Shown here piece by piece: positions 37,086 to 51,690 of a stretch of 64,000 nucleotides of DNA. Below the pieces are notes generated by a model, which saw only the letters and a list, made by a program, of their open reading frames with translations, searched no databases and was not told where the DNA came from. Where the stretch lies: the NCBI GenBank assembly GCA_963813025.1, contig CAWEXO010000009.1, positions 96,001 to 160,000 on the forward strand. Direction: 5' to 3'. The translations under genes were made by a program, and so were the position numbers. The first letter of the stretch is position 1. Each line of letters begins with the position of its first letter. This stretch comes from an uncultured Verrucomicrobiae bacterium (GTDB lineage Bacteria > Verrucomicrobiota > Verrucomicrobiia > Chthoniobacterales > JAFAMB01).

Positions 37086-39386
37086 ATGGGATTAGGCCGC
37101 GTAATGCGTTTCGGGCGCTGGCTCGCCGTTGTCTCTCTGGCCGGACTGCTTTTCTGGGGCGGATGGTATATTTATGATAAAGGCTTCGGCCGGCGCTGGC
37201 GGACAGCTTTGGCCAAAGAGTTTGAGCGTTTTGGCTTGGTCGTAAACGCCCGGCGACTGACCCTGGACCCGTTCCATGGGCTGGTGGCGCGGGACGTTCA
37301 GATTCTCGGTGGTCCAGGGCGTCAGAACGTGCTGGCCGAGATCAGCGAAATTTCGCTCGACATCAATTACGCTAATCTTTTTTCCCACGAGCAGGCGCTA
37401 AATGCCGTCGATCTGCGCGACGCCCGGATCTCGGTCCCGCTGGACGAAAACGATTCGAGGAGCGGGAAACTCGCTATCAAAAAGCTCCATGCTCGCGTCT
37501 ACTTTTTTCCTGGCCGCATCGATTTTCGGCAGGTTACCGGCGATCTCTACGGGATCCAGTTCACCACGAGCGGCACGCTGGTGAATCCGGGCAGATTGCA
37601 ACCGGAGCTGAGTGTACGAGAAGTAACCAGCGAGGCCGGGTATCGCGCGGCGCAACACTTTGCGATGAGGGTGCTCGACGAATTGCACAACACCCAGTTC
37701 ACCGGCGAAGCGCCTCAGCTTGGATTTACTTTCCAGGCAGATCTGGGTGATCTGGCGAGTTTACGTATCCAGAACGGGCATTTAACTGCCCCGACCCTTT
37801 CGCGATCCGGCTACACCTTACGCAATCTCGAAGCCGAATTTGCTCTGGCGAATCGCCGTGCCGATCTGATTCGCCTCCAAGTGCACGACAAAGACGGCGA
37901 ATTGTCGGCCAAAGCGGACTGGGATTTTGTTGCCGGGGAGAGAGCATTTCAAGTCCGCAGCACGCTCGATCTGGCTCGCCTTCTCGCGACCGAGCCCCGC
38001 TGCAGCTGGGCGCGTGATCTCACGTTTGAGGCGCCTCCCGAAGTTGAGCTCGCCGGCACCACGACCACAGCGGGACGATTGCAATATTTTGGGCGACTTA
38101 ATTTCGATCGTTTCAAGTTTCGGACCGTGCTGTTCCAAAGCCTAAAGGCGGAATTTTCCCGGGCCGGTAATTCCTGGATGATTCACGATGCGGAGGCGAC
38201 GCACGCGACCGGTACGCTTGCCGGCGATGCTTTGCGTCTGCCCGGCAAGTTCCGTTTGCGAGTGACATCGGCTGTCGATCCGGCGGCCTTGGCTCCAATC
38301 TTTCCGAGCACGGTACAAAGAGCGTTGGCCAATTGGCAGTTTCAAAGCGCGCCGGTAATTCAAGCCAGCTTTTCTGGGCCTCGACCAGCGTTCGATCAAC
38401 TTACCGGCGAAGGTACTGTTTTTCTTGGGAGAACCCAATTTCGCCGGCGAAACCTGAATTCGGCCTCAGCGGCATTCACCCTGCAGGACAGCGTCATTGA
38501 GTGTCGCGCCATCCGAGTGACCAGAGACGAAGGTATTGGCACCGGCTCATTCAGCTACAATTTTCGCAACGGCGAGGTGACTCTCGCCAACGTCCAAACA
38601 TCGCTTGATCTGAACACGCTTATCGAGTGGGTCAGCCCGACGCTGATCCGAGCGGTTCAGCCGCTCACCTGGACCGAGCCGCCGCTCCTTCGCGCGAATG
38701 GCACCACCCAGTACTCGGATAGCGGAAAAAATCATTTAGAGATCGACGCGACTTTTCCGTCGGCGTTCATCTATTCTTTCGGCGGAGTCGACTTTCATTT
38801 CGATGGTGCCAAAATGCATCTGCTATTATTGCCCGGCAGTCTTGACCTGACAGATTTCTCTGGCCAGATCGGTAGTGGGAACGTCTCGCTCCGCTCCCGG
38901 ACCGGGTTGCCTCTCAGTCGCAACATCTTTCAGGCGGACCTGCAACTTGCCCAGGTGCCGCTGGCCCGGGCGCTGCCTAAGCTGGACTTTCTTGTCCGGA
39001 GCGACGGCAAATTGAGCGGCTCGCTCGAGCTGCGGCACCGGGGATCGGAATTGTCCGCGCCGCACATTGCCGGTTCGCTCACCCTTACGCCGGCAAAGCT
39101 TTCAGAATTTCGAGTTTTTGGTCCGGTACTTGGCCGGTTGCAAAGTCTCGGTTTTTCCGGACCGGGCGTCGCTTCTATCCAGTTTCATACGGCAAGAGCC
39201 GCGGTGCAGATCGACGCGCTCCGCCTTGCTGAAGGTGTTCATCTGCTCGAGATGACCGGCTACGTGAGTCTGCTGGACGGCGATGTAAACGTGCGCGGCC
39301 AGACCGATGACGGAAAAGTTCAGCTCCGGGCGAGCGGCCCGTTGGACCGGCTGACCTGGGAGTTGCCAGCGGAAGGTGTCGATTAA
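37086..39386 (+). CDS. AsmA-like family protein
   Basis: N-terminal TM anchor followed by a long beta-rich periplasmic sequence with AsmA-like C-terminus; start uncertain. Confidence 0.65.
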   Translation: MGLGRVMRFGRWLAVVSLAGLLFWGGWYIYDKGFGRRWRTALAKEFERFGLVVNARRLTLDPFHGLVARDVQILGGPGRQNVLAEISEISLDINYANLFSHEQALNAVDLRDARISVPLDENDSRSGKLAIKKLHARVYFFPGRIDFRQVTGDLYGIQFTTSGTLVNPGRLQPELSVREVTSEAGYRAAQHFAMRVLDELHNTQFTGEAPQLGFTFQADLGDLASLRIQNGHLTAPTLSRSGYTLRNLEAEFALANRRADLIRLQVHDKDGELSAKADWDFVAGERAFQVRSTLDLARLLATEPRCSWARDLTFEAPPEVELAGTTTTAGRLQYFGRLNFDRFKFRTVLFQSLKAEFSRAGNSWMIHDAEATHATGTLAGDALRLPGKFRLRVTSAVDPAALAPIFPSTVQRALANWQFQSAPVIQASFSGPRPAFDQLTGEGTVFLGRTQFRRRNLNSASAAFTLQDSVIECRAIRVTRDEGIGTGSFSYNFRNGEVTLANVQTSLDLNTLIEWVSPTLIRAVQPLTWTEPPLLRANGTTQYSDSGKNHLEIDATFPSAFIYSFGGVDFHFDGAKMHLLLLPGSLDLTDFSGQIGSGNVSLRSRTGLPLSRNIFQADLQLAQVPLARALPKLDFLVRSDGKLSGSLELRHRGSELSAPHIAGSLTLTPAKLSEFRVFGPVLGRLQSLGFSGPGVASIQFHTARAAVQIDALRLAEGVHLLEMTGYVSLLDGDVNVRGQTDDGKVQLRASGPLDRLTWELPAEGVD

Positions 39387-39402
39387 ATCGGGCGCTTCGA
39401 TC

Positions 39403-40296
39403 ATGACCAGACGGCTTAAGCCAGCCGAGACAAGCGTTTCCCGCTCAGCGGCGCCCCTTCTGGGCGCCCACATGTCAATCTCGGGAGGGCCGGTGCAAGC
39501 CCTGGAACGCGGCCATTCCATCGGGTGTTCCGCAATCCAAATTTTTGTCAAAAACAATATGCAATGGTTTGCCGCTCCTTTAACGGAAGCTGCGGTCGTT
39601 GCTTTTCACAATTGCCCGGCAAAGCCCCAGGTTGTCTTTGGACACACGAGTTATCTGATCAATCCGGCAGCAAATAATCCCGAGTTTCTCCAAAGATCGC
39701 GCCGCGCACTGGCCGAGGAACTAGTGCGGGCGGAGCAGCTTTCTCTCCCTTTTCTGGTGCTGCATCCTGGGTCGCATCTTGGCGACGGATTAGGGGCTGG
39801 GATAAAACGCATCTCGGCCACGCTCGACCAGGTCTTGCGAGTACTACCCGAAAAAAGTTGCAAGGTGGCCCTGGAGATTACCGCGGGGCAAGGCAGTTCC
39901 ATCGGTTCTTCTTTTGAACATCTGGCGGAGATTCTCGCCCGCTGCCGATATCCGGAGCGTTTGCTCGTCTGTCTTGATACGGCGCACCTGTTCGCGGCTG
40001 GCTACGATATCAGTAGCGCTCGGGGGTTTTGGCGCGCGATGCGTGATTTTGATCGGTCTGTCGGGCGAGACCGTTTGGCTGCTTGGCATCTGAATGACTC
40101 AAAGACAGGTCTTGGATCGCGAGTGGATCGACACGAACATATCGGGCGGGGCAAAATCGGGTTGGCGCCATTCCGCGAGATTATGCGTTCGCCCGATTTC
40201 GCCGCTATCCCGAAAGTCTTGGAAACTCCCAAAGAAGCTGACTTGGCGGATGATGTGCGAAACTTGAAAACCCTGCGCCAACTACTGGACGACTGA
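39403..40296 (+). CDS. nfo: Endonuclease IV
   Basis: LGAHMSISGG, HTSYLIN, LHPG, LEITAGQG, CLDTAH, HLNDSK, DRHEHIG. Confidence 0.96.
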   Translation: MTRRLKPAETSVSRSAAPLLGAHMSISGGPVQALERGHSIGCSAIQIFVKNNMQWFAAPLTEAAVVAFHNCPAKPQVVFGHTSYLINPAANNPEFLQRSRRALAEELVRAEQLSLPFLVLHPGSHLGDGLGAGIKRISATLDQVLRVLPEKSCKVALEITAGQGSSIGSSFEHLAEILARCRYPERLLVCLDTAHLFAAGYDISSARGFWRAMRDFDRSVGRDRLAAWHLNDSKTGLGSRVDRHEHIGRGKIGLAPFREIMRSPDFAAIPKVLETPKEADLADDVRNLKTLRQLLDD

Positions 40297-40407
40297 GGCT
40301 CGCGTTGGGAACTGCGCTTGTCCTTTGGCGGCGCTGCTATCTACACTTGCTATCCTGCGATTGCGTTCGTATTTGTCGCAGCGAAATCAACGTTAACCCC
40401 CTTTCCT

Positions 40408-41907
40408 ATGCTTTATATCGGCATCGATAGCGGTACTCAGAGCACGAAGTCTATCGTCCTGGATCTTAATTCCGGTGATATTCCGGTATCGGCTCAACAA
40501 AGTTATGAGTTGATACCGGGTCTTCCCGCAGGGCATATGGAACAGGATCCGCAACTCTGGCTCAATGCAGTTGACCAGACAATCACTGCTTGCCTCGATC
40601 AATTGGGGCCGCGTCGAGACGAGGTCGGCGCCATTGGAGTCAGCGGACAGCAGCACGGGCTTGTCGTGCTGAACAAATCGAACGAAGTCGTTCGCCCAGC
40701 CAAGCTCTGGTGCGATGTCTCGACTGCCGCCCAGTGCGCCGAGATCATCGACGAGTTCGGCGGGAGCGCCGCTCTGATCAAGCTCATGGGGAACACCATG
40801 CTGCCGGGTTGGACCGCTCCCAAGATATTGTGGCTCAAGGAGAACGAGCCGCGCAATTACGCATCCACCCGCACGATTCTCCTTCCTCACGATTATATCA
40901 ATTTCTGGTTGACCGGTGAAAAGCGCATGGAGTACGGCGACGCCTCTGGTTCGGGTCTTCTGGATGTGCGAACACGCGCTTGGTGTGAGCCGGTTGTGGA
41001 GTTTATCGCGCCCGATCTGGAGGAAAAATTGCCTTCCCTGCGTTCTTCGCGCCAAGCCGTCGGTCTCCTGCGGGAGACGCTGCGCCAGAAATGGCGGCTG
41101 AAAACCAGCCCGGTCGTATCCGCGGGCGGCGGCGACAATATGATGGGGGCGATCGGTACGGGTAACGTGCGCCCCGGGGTCGTCACCACCAGTCTCGGTA
41201 CCTCAGGAACCATCTATGCCTACTCCCCAGAGCCCGTGGTCGATCCCGAGGGCGAGCTAGCCGCCTTTTGCGACAGCACGGATCGCTGGTTGCCTTTGGC
41301 CTGCACGATGAACGTCACAGTCGCGACGGAACAGGTGAGAAAGCTTTTTGGTTGGGATATTGCCGGTTTGAATAACGCAATTGCTTCCGCGCCGGCTGGC
41401 GCGAACGGGCTGGTTTTTCTGCCTTATCTGAACGGAGAACGGACTCCAAACCTTCCGAATGGGGTTGGTCTGTTCCATGGACTGACCGTCTCGAACATGA
41501 ATCCACCCAATCTGGCCCGTGCCGTAATGGAAGGGGTAACCCTCGGATTAACCTACGGACTCAACCGTTTTCGTTCGCTTGGCATCAGGCCGGCCGAGAT
41601 CCGGTTGACCGGAGGAGGGAGCAAAAGCAGGATCTGGCGTCAAATTTGTGCCGACGTATTCCGGGTGCCGGTAGTCTGCCTGGCAACTGCCGAGGGTGCG
41701 GCGCTCGGGGCGGCGATTCATGCGGGTTGGGTACACGGCCTCGTTACCAACAAGTCGGCGAATCTCGCGGACATCGTTGATCGAGTCGTCAAATTGCAGG
41801 AGGATTCCCGGGCGGTGCCGGATCAGGGAAAGGCGCAGCTCTATCAGGAGACTTACAACCGGTTCCGCGGTTTGACCCAGCGCCTTGCCAGCGGAGGGCT
41901 GCTGTGA
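40408..41907 (+). CDS. xylB: Xylulokinase
   Basis: GIDSGTQSTK, GVSGQQHG, GGGDNMMGAIG, PYLNGERTP. Confidence 0.9.
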   Translation: MLYIGIDSGTQSTKSIVLDLNSGDIPVSAQQSYELIPGLPAGHMEQDPQLWLNAVDQTITACLDQLGPRRDEVGAIGVSGQQHGLVVLNKSNEVVRPAKLWCDVSTAAQCAEIIDEFGGSAALIKLMGNTMLPGWTAPKILWLKENEPRNYASTRTILLPHDYINFWLTGEKRMEYGDASGSGLLDVRTRAWCEPVVEFIAPDLEEKLPSLRSSRQAVGLLRETLRQKWRLKTSPVVSAGGGDNMMGAIGTGNVRPGVVTTSLGTSGTIYAYSPEPVVDPEGELAAFCDSTDRWLPLACTMNVTVATEQVRKLFGWDIAGLNNAIASAPAGANGLVFLPYLNGERTPNLPNGVGLFHGLTVSNMNPPNLARAVMEGVTLGLTYGLNRFRSLGIRPAEIRLTGGGSKSRIWRQICADVFRVPVVCLATAEGAALGAAIHAGWVHGLVTNKSANLADIVDRVVKLQEDSRAVPDQGKAQLYQETYNRFRGLTQRLASGGLL

Positions 41908-42458
41908 AACTGGTGATCGCGGCGACTGGAGCAAGTGGAGCGATTTATCTCCAGCGCCTGCTGGACCAGATCGACTGTACCCAGCACGAAGTTCATCTCG
42001 TCCTGAGTGCGTTTGCGAAGCAGGTCGTTCACGATGAGCTGGGAGAACTCCGTGTAGCCGCCCAGGTAACCCAGCATAACGATCGAAGTATGAACGTCGC
42101 GTTCGCCAGCGGTTCCGCTTCCTTCGATGCGATGATCATTGTCCCGTGTTCCATGGGTACGTTGTCCCGAATCGCGGCCGGAACCAGTGAAACCCTCATC
42201 TTGCGGACCGCTGATGTTTTCTTAAAAGAAAAACGCAAGCTTGTGCTGGTTCCGCGCGAATCACCGTGGAATCTGATTCATGCGCGGAACTGTTGCCGGC
42301 TCTTGGAAGCGGGCGCGTTGGTATTGCCCGCGAGTCCCTCTTTTTATAGCCGTCCAAAGACGCTGGACGAATTAGCCGATACCGTCGTGCATCGAATTCT
42401 GGACCAGGTCGGGGCGCCCGTGCCAGGCGCCTTTCGCTGGTTTGAAAACCCGGAGTAG
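41904..42458 (+). CDS. ubiX: Flavin prenyltransferase
   Basis: TGASGA, ASGS, PCSMGTL, LKEKRKLVLVPRESP, PSFY. Confidence 0.93.
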   Translation: MKLVIAATGASGAIYLQRLLDQIDCTQHEVHLVLSAFAKQVVHDELGELRVAAQVTQHNDRSMNVAFASGSASFDAMIIVPCSMGTLSRIAAGTSETLILRTADVFLKEKRKLVLVPRESPWNLIHARNCCRLLEAGALVLPASPSFYSRPKTLDELADTVVHRILDQVGAPVPGAFRWFENPE

Positions 42459-42498
42459 GCAGGGGCGAGAGATTTATCGCGGGCACCGACGCCGTGCC

Positions 42499-42693
42499 CT
42501 AAATCAGCGACCAGCCAAAAATCACGAGGGAGGTAACGATCATCCCGAGCAGGGTTATTGTGAGAAAAGCACAGCCGATCAACAGGAAATTCAGCGATGT
42601 TTTCAACCGCATTGAGCGCAAAAAGGTCCGTGCAATATCTCGCCACAATTTTGGCAACGTCTGACGCTGCTTTGCGTCACGAGACGAGATCAT
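42499..42693 (-). CDS. Possible small membrane protein
   Basis: C-terminal hydrophobic stretch; no recognisable motif. Confidence 0.3.
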   Translation of the reverse strand: MISSRDAKQRQTLPKLWRDIARTFLRSMRLKTSLNFLLIGCAFLTITLLGMIVTSLVIFGWSLI

Positions 42694-43079
42694 GAACTGT
42701 TTCCCAGGGTTCGAAAGCCAACCTTTGAAACCGTTCGGAATGATTTGGAAGGCAGCCTTCCGGCGATGGTGACCTTGGCTTCTCCGTGTCCGGGGTGCGA
42801 TGGCTCGGACGGATTTTGCTGGCATCAGGATTTGGTTCCACGCCTGGAGTACGGCTCTTTAAAATCGCTGGCAGGAGTTCGATCCATCAGCCCTGGGCGG
42901 ATGTGAAAAAATTTCGATTTCTTCGTTGCACGTCTGGAAAAGATCGCTAATCTCTGCGGCCCCCGGCCTGAAAAGCGTTGGGGAGCGGTGAGAGGTTTTG
43001 CGCAAGCGAAACAACTGATCGGCAACTGGGTTCGAGGCGAGGATGGGTGAAAGCACGCCAAAAAGTGTAAAGCTTAGGG

Positions 43080-43206
43080 TTGACTCGCTCCAGAAACCAT
43101 GTAGGGTATAAGGCTCCGCAGAAATCGGAGCGCTCGCGGAAAGGCGAGTCTGTTCTTCCAGATTAAGGGACTTCAAATTGACTCAATTTTGTCCCGGTTG
43201 AATTGA
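43080..43206 (+). promoter_or_regulatory. Putative tandem rrn promoters
   Basis: TTGACT hexamers at 43080 and 43178 upstream of the 16S leader; boxA-like TGTTTTTTGATA at ~43285. Confidence 0.5.
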
Positions 43207-43560
43207 ACGGTTGTGAGCAATAGACCCGAGACCAGTTTAGCCGGTGGCGAGTTGAGTTTTTTTACGCCTTAATTTGAAAGGCGATTGTTTTTTGATAGTT
43301 TGGTTCTGAGTTTTTTAAAGCACTCAGAATGATGATGTCAGCGAAGACTGTGTTGTGCGTTTTTACGTCAACATTCTTTGATTTTAAAAATAGTTTTCAT
43401 GACCGATAAAAAATCTTGCCCTGAGCTCGTAAGCCGGGTTCGGCGCAAGGATGAATTGGTCAGAATCAGTTTTCCGCCTGAAGGCCTGAAGAGCAGTTTT
43501 TGAAGAGCAGTTTTTTTAGGCAAGGCGGATTCCTAGCTCACGTTAGGAGCAAATTTTCAC

Positions 43561-45130
<1,570 letters not shown>

Positions 45131-45376
45131 ATGTCTCTCGGCCTCTCGCACGAGAGTGGCATAGGTCGACGGCTAAGCTCGTCGCTTCGGCGATGGACAC
45201 GCTGCGACAAGTCCTCCGGCGACGAAAGCAGGCCGAGGCTCAAAGAATTTGAAACGGTAACGCACAATTCAGTTTTTGCTGATTATCGCGAAAGCTTCCA
45301 CCGGAAACAGCGATCGCAGCGGTCGTCTGGTGGCCATGATAGTCATCGACTATCGCAACCGTCGCTATTTCTCCGA

Positions 45377-45449
45377 GGGGGCATAGCTCAGTTGGTAGAG
45401 CGGTAGCTTTGCAAGCTATAGGTCAGGGGTTCGAATCCCCTTGCCTCCA
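45377..45449 (+). tRNA. tRNA-Ala(TGC)
   Basis: GGGGGCATAGCTCAG...TTTGCAA...GGTTCGAATCCCCTTGCCTCCA; CCA not encoded. Confidence 0.97.
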
Positions 45450-45486
45450 GATGCTGCGTCACCGAGGACGACAGACTCTGCAATCA

Positions 45487-45560
45487 GGGCCTGTAGCTCA
45501 GTTGGTTAGAGCATGCGCTTGATAAGCGCAGGGTCACTGGTTCGAGTCCAGTCAGGCCCA
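45487..45560 (+). tRNA. tRNA-Ile(GAT)
   Basis: GGGCCTGTAGCTCAG...TTGATAA...GGTTCGAGTCCAGTCAGGCCCA; Ala-then-Ile order in the ITS. Confidence 0.97.
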
Positions 45561-45831
45561 CCGATTGATCACGGACGGCTGCTCGCAAAAACGCTGGTTT
45601 CGTTCGTTCCAGCAATAACATCGATCATTCTGAGTTTTGGCAAAGTCGTGAAGAACTTTGACCGAACTTCCAGTCCGGCGAACGGTCGGACTAGTTCTTT
45701 GACATCTACATACAGGGTAGTAAAATACAACTTTAGAGCATTGTAATGACGCTGAGTCTGAAAGTAGAATGTCAGCGACAAGCGAAATTCTGAGAATTTC
45801 AGTTATCATAAACAGACAGATCGATAAAATT

Positions 45832-48699
<2,868 letters not shown>

Positions 48700-48903
48700 G
48701 TTCTGTTCTGTGAAAGTCAAGCAGCCGGGTCAGTTTGACCGGCTAAACTTAGCGCCTATCTCTACCCAAATATGCAGATATCAGAGAACTGTAAGTTCTT
48801 TCATAGCTTTTCGCCCTAGGCGAAGAGCGTCGCCAGAATTTCTGGTGAAGTTGAGCATAGACCGCCCCCTTCCCCCCACGGGCTAGTTTCGGCTTCACCA
48901 GCC

Positions 48904-49020
48904 TTCTGGTGATCCTAGCGCAGTGGCCCCACCCGTTCCCATTCCGAACACGGAAGTGAAACGCTGCAGCCCCGATGGTAGTGCATCTCTAGGTTGTGCG
49001 AGAGTAGGACATTGCCAGAA
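48904..49020 (+). rRNA. rrf: 5S rRNA
   Basis: TTCTGG...CCCATTCCGAACACGGAAGTGAAAC...GATGGTAGT...GAGAGTAGG...CCAGAA. Confidence 0.97.
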
Positions 49021-49024
49021 TTAT

Positions 49025-49063
49025 GAACCCCGGTTTTCGAAGGAAGACCGGGGTTCCTTTTTT
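49025..49063 (+). terminator. Intrinsic terminator of the rrn operon
   Basis: GAACCCCGGTTTTC-GAAG-GAAGACCGGGGTTC followed by a T-run. Confidence 0.85.
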
Positions 49064-49272
49064 CAGATAGGTGGAATGACAATTTTAAAATTTAGAGGTA
49101 GGAGGATTCCATGACATTAGCGATGGGGAAAACCGGAAAACCGGACAAATCTTGAGTCAGGAAGTCAGGACGCGCAGGGTCGTGTGCTGGTATCGCGAGA
49201 ACGTCGGGCGTCGCTGTTGGAGGATTTAGAGAACTCCAAAAAACCAAAAACTCAAAAACTTTCGCCCCGTGC

Positions 49273-49375
49273 CGGTAGGGCGGTAGGGCGAAAATTCATT
49301 CGAGCTTTAGCGAGAACTTGTTTGAGCCGTCATGGGTGTAGCTTGCCTCAGCTTCCGGCTCAAACAAGTTCTCGC
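49273..49375. repeat. REP-like element (GGTAGGGCG head plus perfect 20-bp IR)
   Basis: GCGAGAACTTGTTTGAGCCG (49310-49329) / CGGCTCAAACAAGTTCTCGC (49356-49375); related copy at 54741-54865. Confidence 0.8.
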
Positions 49376-49494
49376 CTGTCCGCCTGAGCGGAACGTTGCG
49401 AGGGCAGGCCTTCTACTTTAAATTAATCGCAGTAACGCTGGTTCTTAAACCACCGTTGCGTCCAGCAGCAGAGCGATTGCAACATTGCAACACC

Positions 49495-49690
49495 ATGGAA
49501 AACGAACTAAAGAAAAGGACGGCCTCGATCGACGCGACTTCATGAAGATGGCAACCATCGCCTCGGTTGCGCTTGCGGCCGGCGCCGGCACTGCACATGC
49601 CCAGGACGCAACGGCATCCTCTACTGGTCCGGTACCGGCTGCGCGACGAGGAACAGTGTACACGGGCGACATGATCCAGGGGAAAAGGTT
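49495..49690 (+). pseudogene. Remnant 5' end of a Tat-exported protein (possibly succinylglutamate desuccinylase/aspartoacylase-like)
   Basis: DRRDFMKMATIASVALAAGAGTAHAQ Tat signal, then TVYTGDMIQGK, then loss of protein-like sequence; ATG at 49495 is out of frame. Confidence 0.5.
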
Positions 49691-50014
49691 CGGCGAAGTA
49701 GTCGCTGAATATTCCGGCGAGGTCGCGGCTCGTCGCAAAGTGCAACAGCCGAGCCTGGCATTCCGCTGGTGTTTATTCTCTACCACAGCCCGACCCCGGA
49801 GAACCCAGTGGATTACTCTGAGTGAGTTCCGCCGTGAGAGTGATCTTGTGGGAAGCAAAGCAATTTCTGCACTGCTCCCCTGGAGATGCGGTTCACTCGC
49901 ACTCGCCTTGGACCACGACCCGCATAGCGGTAACCGATTCGAACATTTGCGCGTCAAGAGTTATGAAGATTTAAATCGGCAAAATCATCTGGCCGAATTG
50001 CAGTTCGAAAGCGC

Positions 50015-50272
50015 ATGATTATGAAACGCATTTTGTTGGCGGGCAACATCCTGTTGGCCATCTGCTTTGCGGGTGTGCCGAAATCGCAAGCTGGTGTTCA
50101 TATTGGCATCGGGATCGGCTTTCCGGCTCCGGTCTATTATTACCCGGGATATTGGTGGGGGCCGGGATGGTATCCGGCGGGTTATTACTGGGGTCCTCGA
50201 GGCTATGTCTTTTATCGTCGGCCGTATTGGCGCCATCGCTTTTGGTGGCGAGGGCATTGGTACTACCGCTAG
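50015..50272 (+). CDS. Small secreted Trp/Tyr/Gly/Pro-rich protein (YXWGXW/PXPV-repeat-like)
   Basis: Signal peptide (…SQA), GVHIGIGIG, PGYWWGPGWY. Confidence 0.75.
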   Translation: MIMKRILLAGNILLAICFAGVPKSQAGVHIGIGIGFPAPVYYYPGYWWGPGWYPAGYYWGPRGYVFYRRPYWRHRFWWRGHWYYR

Positions 50273-50330
50273 TTTCGAATCCCTCCAATAGCACCGGCAT
50301 CCTTCCGATCTGGCCGACAGGGCCGTCCAC

Positions 50331-50563
50331 ATGGAGAGCTTCTGGGCGACCCTTAAGACCGAGTGCTTCCACGACCAGATCCCGCGCAACCTGGTGCACG
50401 CTAGAGCCATGCTCTTTGATTATATCGAGGCCTTTTATAACCCCAGGCTGCTTCATTCCTCCCCGGGTTATCTCTCTCCAATCGAGTTTGAAAACCACTT
50501 GATCAATCAACCAAACCACAAACCTTAAACAACTTACCTGTCCGCGTTTTCGAAGACAGATCA
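50331..50563 (+). pseudogene. IS3 family transposase C-terminal fragment with right IR
   Basis: ESFWATLKTEC...YIEAFYNPRLLHSSPGYLSPIEFE; end sequence CTGTCCGCGTTTTCGAAGACAGATCA. Confidence 0.85.
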
Positions 50564-50758
50564 CCCCAATCGCAATGTTCGAGGAAGAGGACGACGACGA
50601 GCACGAGGGCGATGCTGTTGCGGCTACGCCGCGCTTGTGGTCTTCTGCCACTTTTCGGGCAGAAGTGACGCAGAGTGCGTGCGACTTTTCCCCTCTTTGA
50701 GAACCGCGCGGAACGCGGCGTTACGCCGAGGACCGGGCCCGCTCGCTCCGCTCTCCGC

Positions 50759-51517
50759 CTACTGTGCCGTCCAACCGCCATCGATCACAATATCCGTCCC
50801 CGTGATGAAGCCCGCCGCCTCGGAGCAAAGATAGAGAGCGAGCTGGCCAATTTCCTCGACCTGTCCCCAGCGGCCAACCGGGATTTTCAAAAGGAACTGC
50901 TGGTTGAGCTCCGGATTCTGAATCAGCGGAGTATTCATCTCCGTTGCGAAAGGGCCCGGACTGATGCCGTTGACCGTGATACCCTCGGTCGCGAGTTCCA
51001 GCGCCAGTGCGCGCGTCAATCCAAGCAAAGCAGTCTTGCTGGCGGAATAAGCCGAGCGGCCCGGAAGAGAAACGTGACTCATCGTCGATGTCAGATTGAT
51101 AATGCGCCCGTAGCCTCTTCCTTTCATTTGCGGTACGAACCGGTGGCACATCAGAAAGACGCTCGTCAGGTTCGTATCGACAACCCGCCGCCATTCTTCC
51201 AGCGTGAATTCGATCAAGTGCTTGCGGAGATTGATCCCGGCGTTGTTCACCAGGATGTCGACTTGGTGGAATGCTCCCTGCACGTCGCGTTCGAGTTGGC
51301 GAACCTGTTCCTCTTCCGAGACATCGGCCTGAAAGGTCTGCGCCCTTCCACCCCCGGTTTCCACCGCCTGTTTCACTCTGTTCAACTGGCCGAGGTCTCG
51401 TGAGACCAGCGCAACCTGCGCACCCGCCGCACTCAGGGCCAAAGCGATCGCTTTACCCAGCCCTTTGCTGGCACCGGTGATAAGCGCCGTTTTACCGTTC
51501 AGATCGTATTCTCTCAT
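50759..51517 (-). CDS. SDR family NAD(P)-dependent oxidoreductase (gluconate 5-dehydrogenase-like)
   Basis: TGASKGLG, NNAG, YSASK, PGPFATEMN. Confidence 0.92.
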   Translation of the reverse strand: MREYDLNGKTALITGASKGLGKAIALALSAAGAQVALVSRDLGQLNRVKQAVETGGGRAQTFQADVSEEEQVRQLERDVQGAFHQVDILVNNAGINLRKHLIEFTLEEWRRVVDTNLTSVFLMCHRFVPQMKGRGYGRIINLTSTMSHVSLPGRSAYSASKTALLGLTRALALELATEGITVNGISPGPFATEMNTPLIQNPELNQQFLLKIPVGRWGQVEEIGQLALYLCSEAAGFITGTDIVIDGGWTAQ

Positions 51518-51690
51518 TTTGTGCGTTTCCAAAAAGGTCATGATCAGAAGACTGCTCTCAAATCCGTTTTGCCCATCAAAAACCTCTGAACGCGTGAACG
51601 CGAGCGATTTATGGGAAGGTCCGGCCGAGGTTTGTCTTGCCGAATGGCCTTTGAATTGACTCGCTGTAAACCCGCTGATCAACTAGATCC

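Noticed and set aside
43487..43514. Tandem 14-bp duplication TGAAGAGCAGTTTT in the 16S leader
   Set aside because: Only two units within a variable leader hairpin; not an array
49485..50018. 177-aa ORF as an intact Tat-exported protein
   Set aside because: Only the first ~65 aa look protein-like and the plausible ATG is out of frame; treated as a remnant
50272..50305. TTCGAATCCCTCC...CACC resembling a tRNA 3' end / att site
   Set aside because: No matching 5' half, no integrase nearby and no second copy in the window
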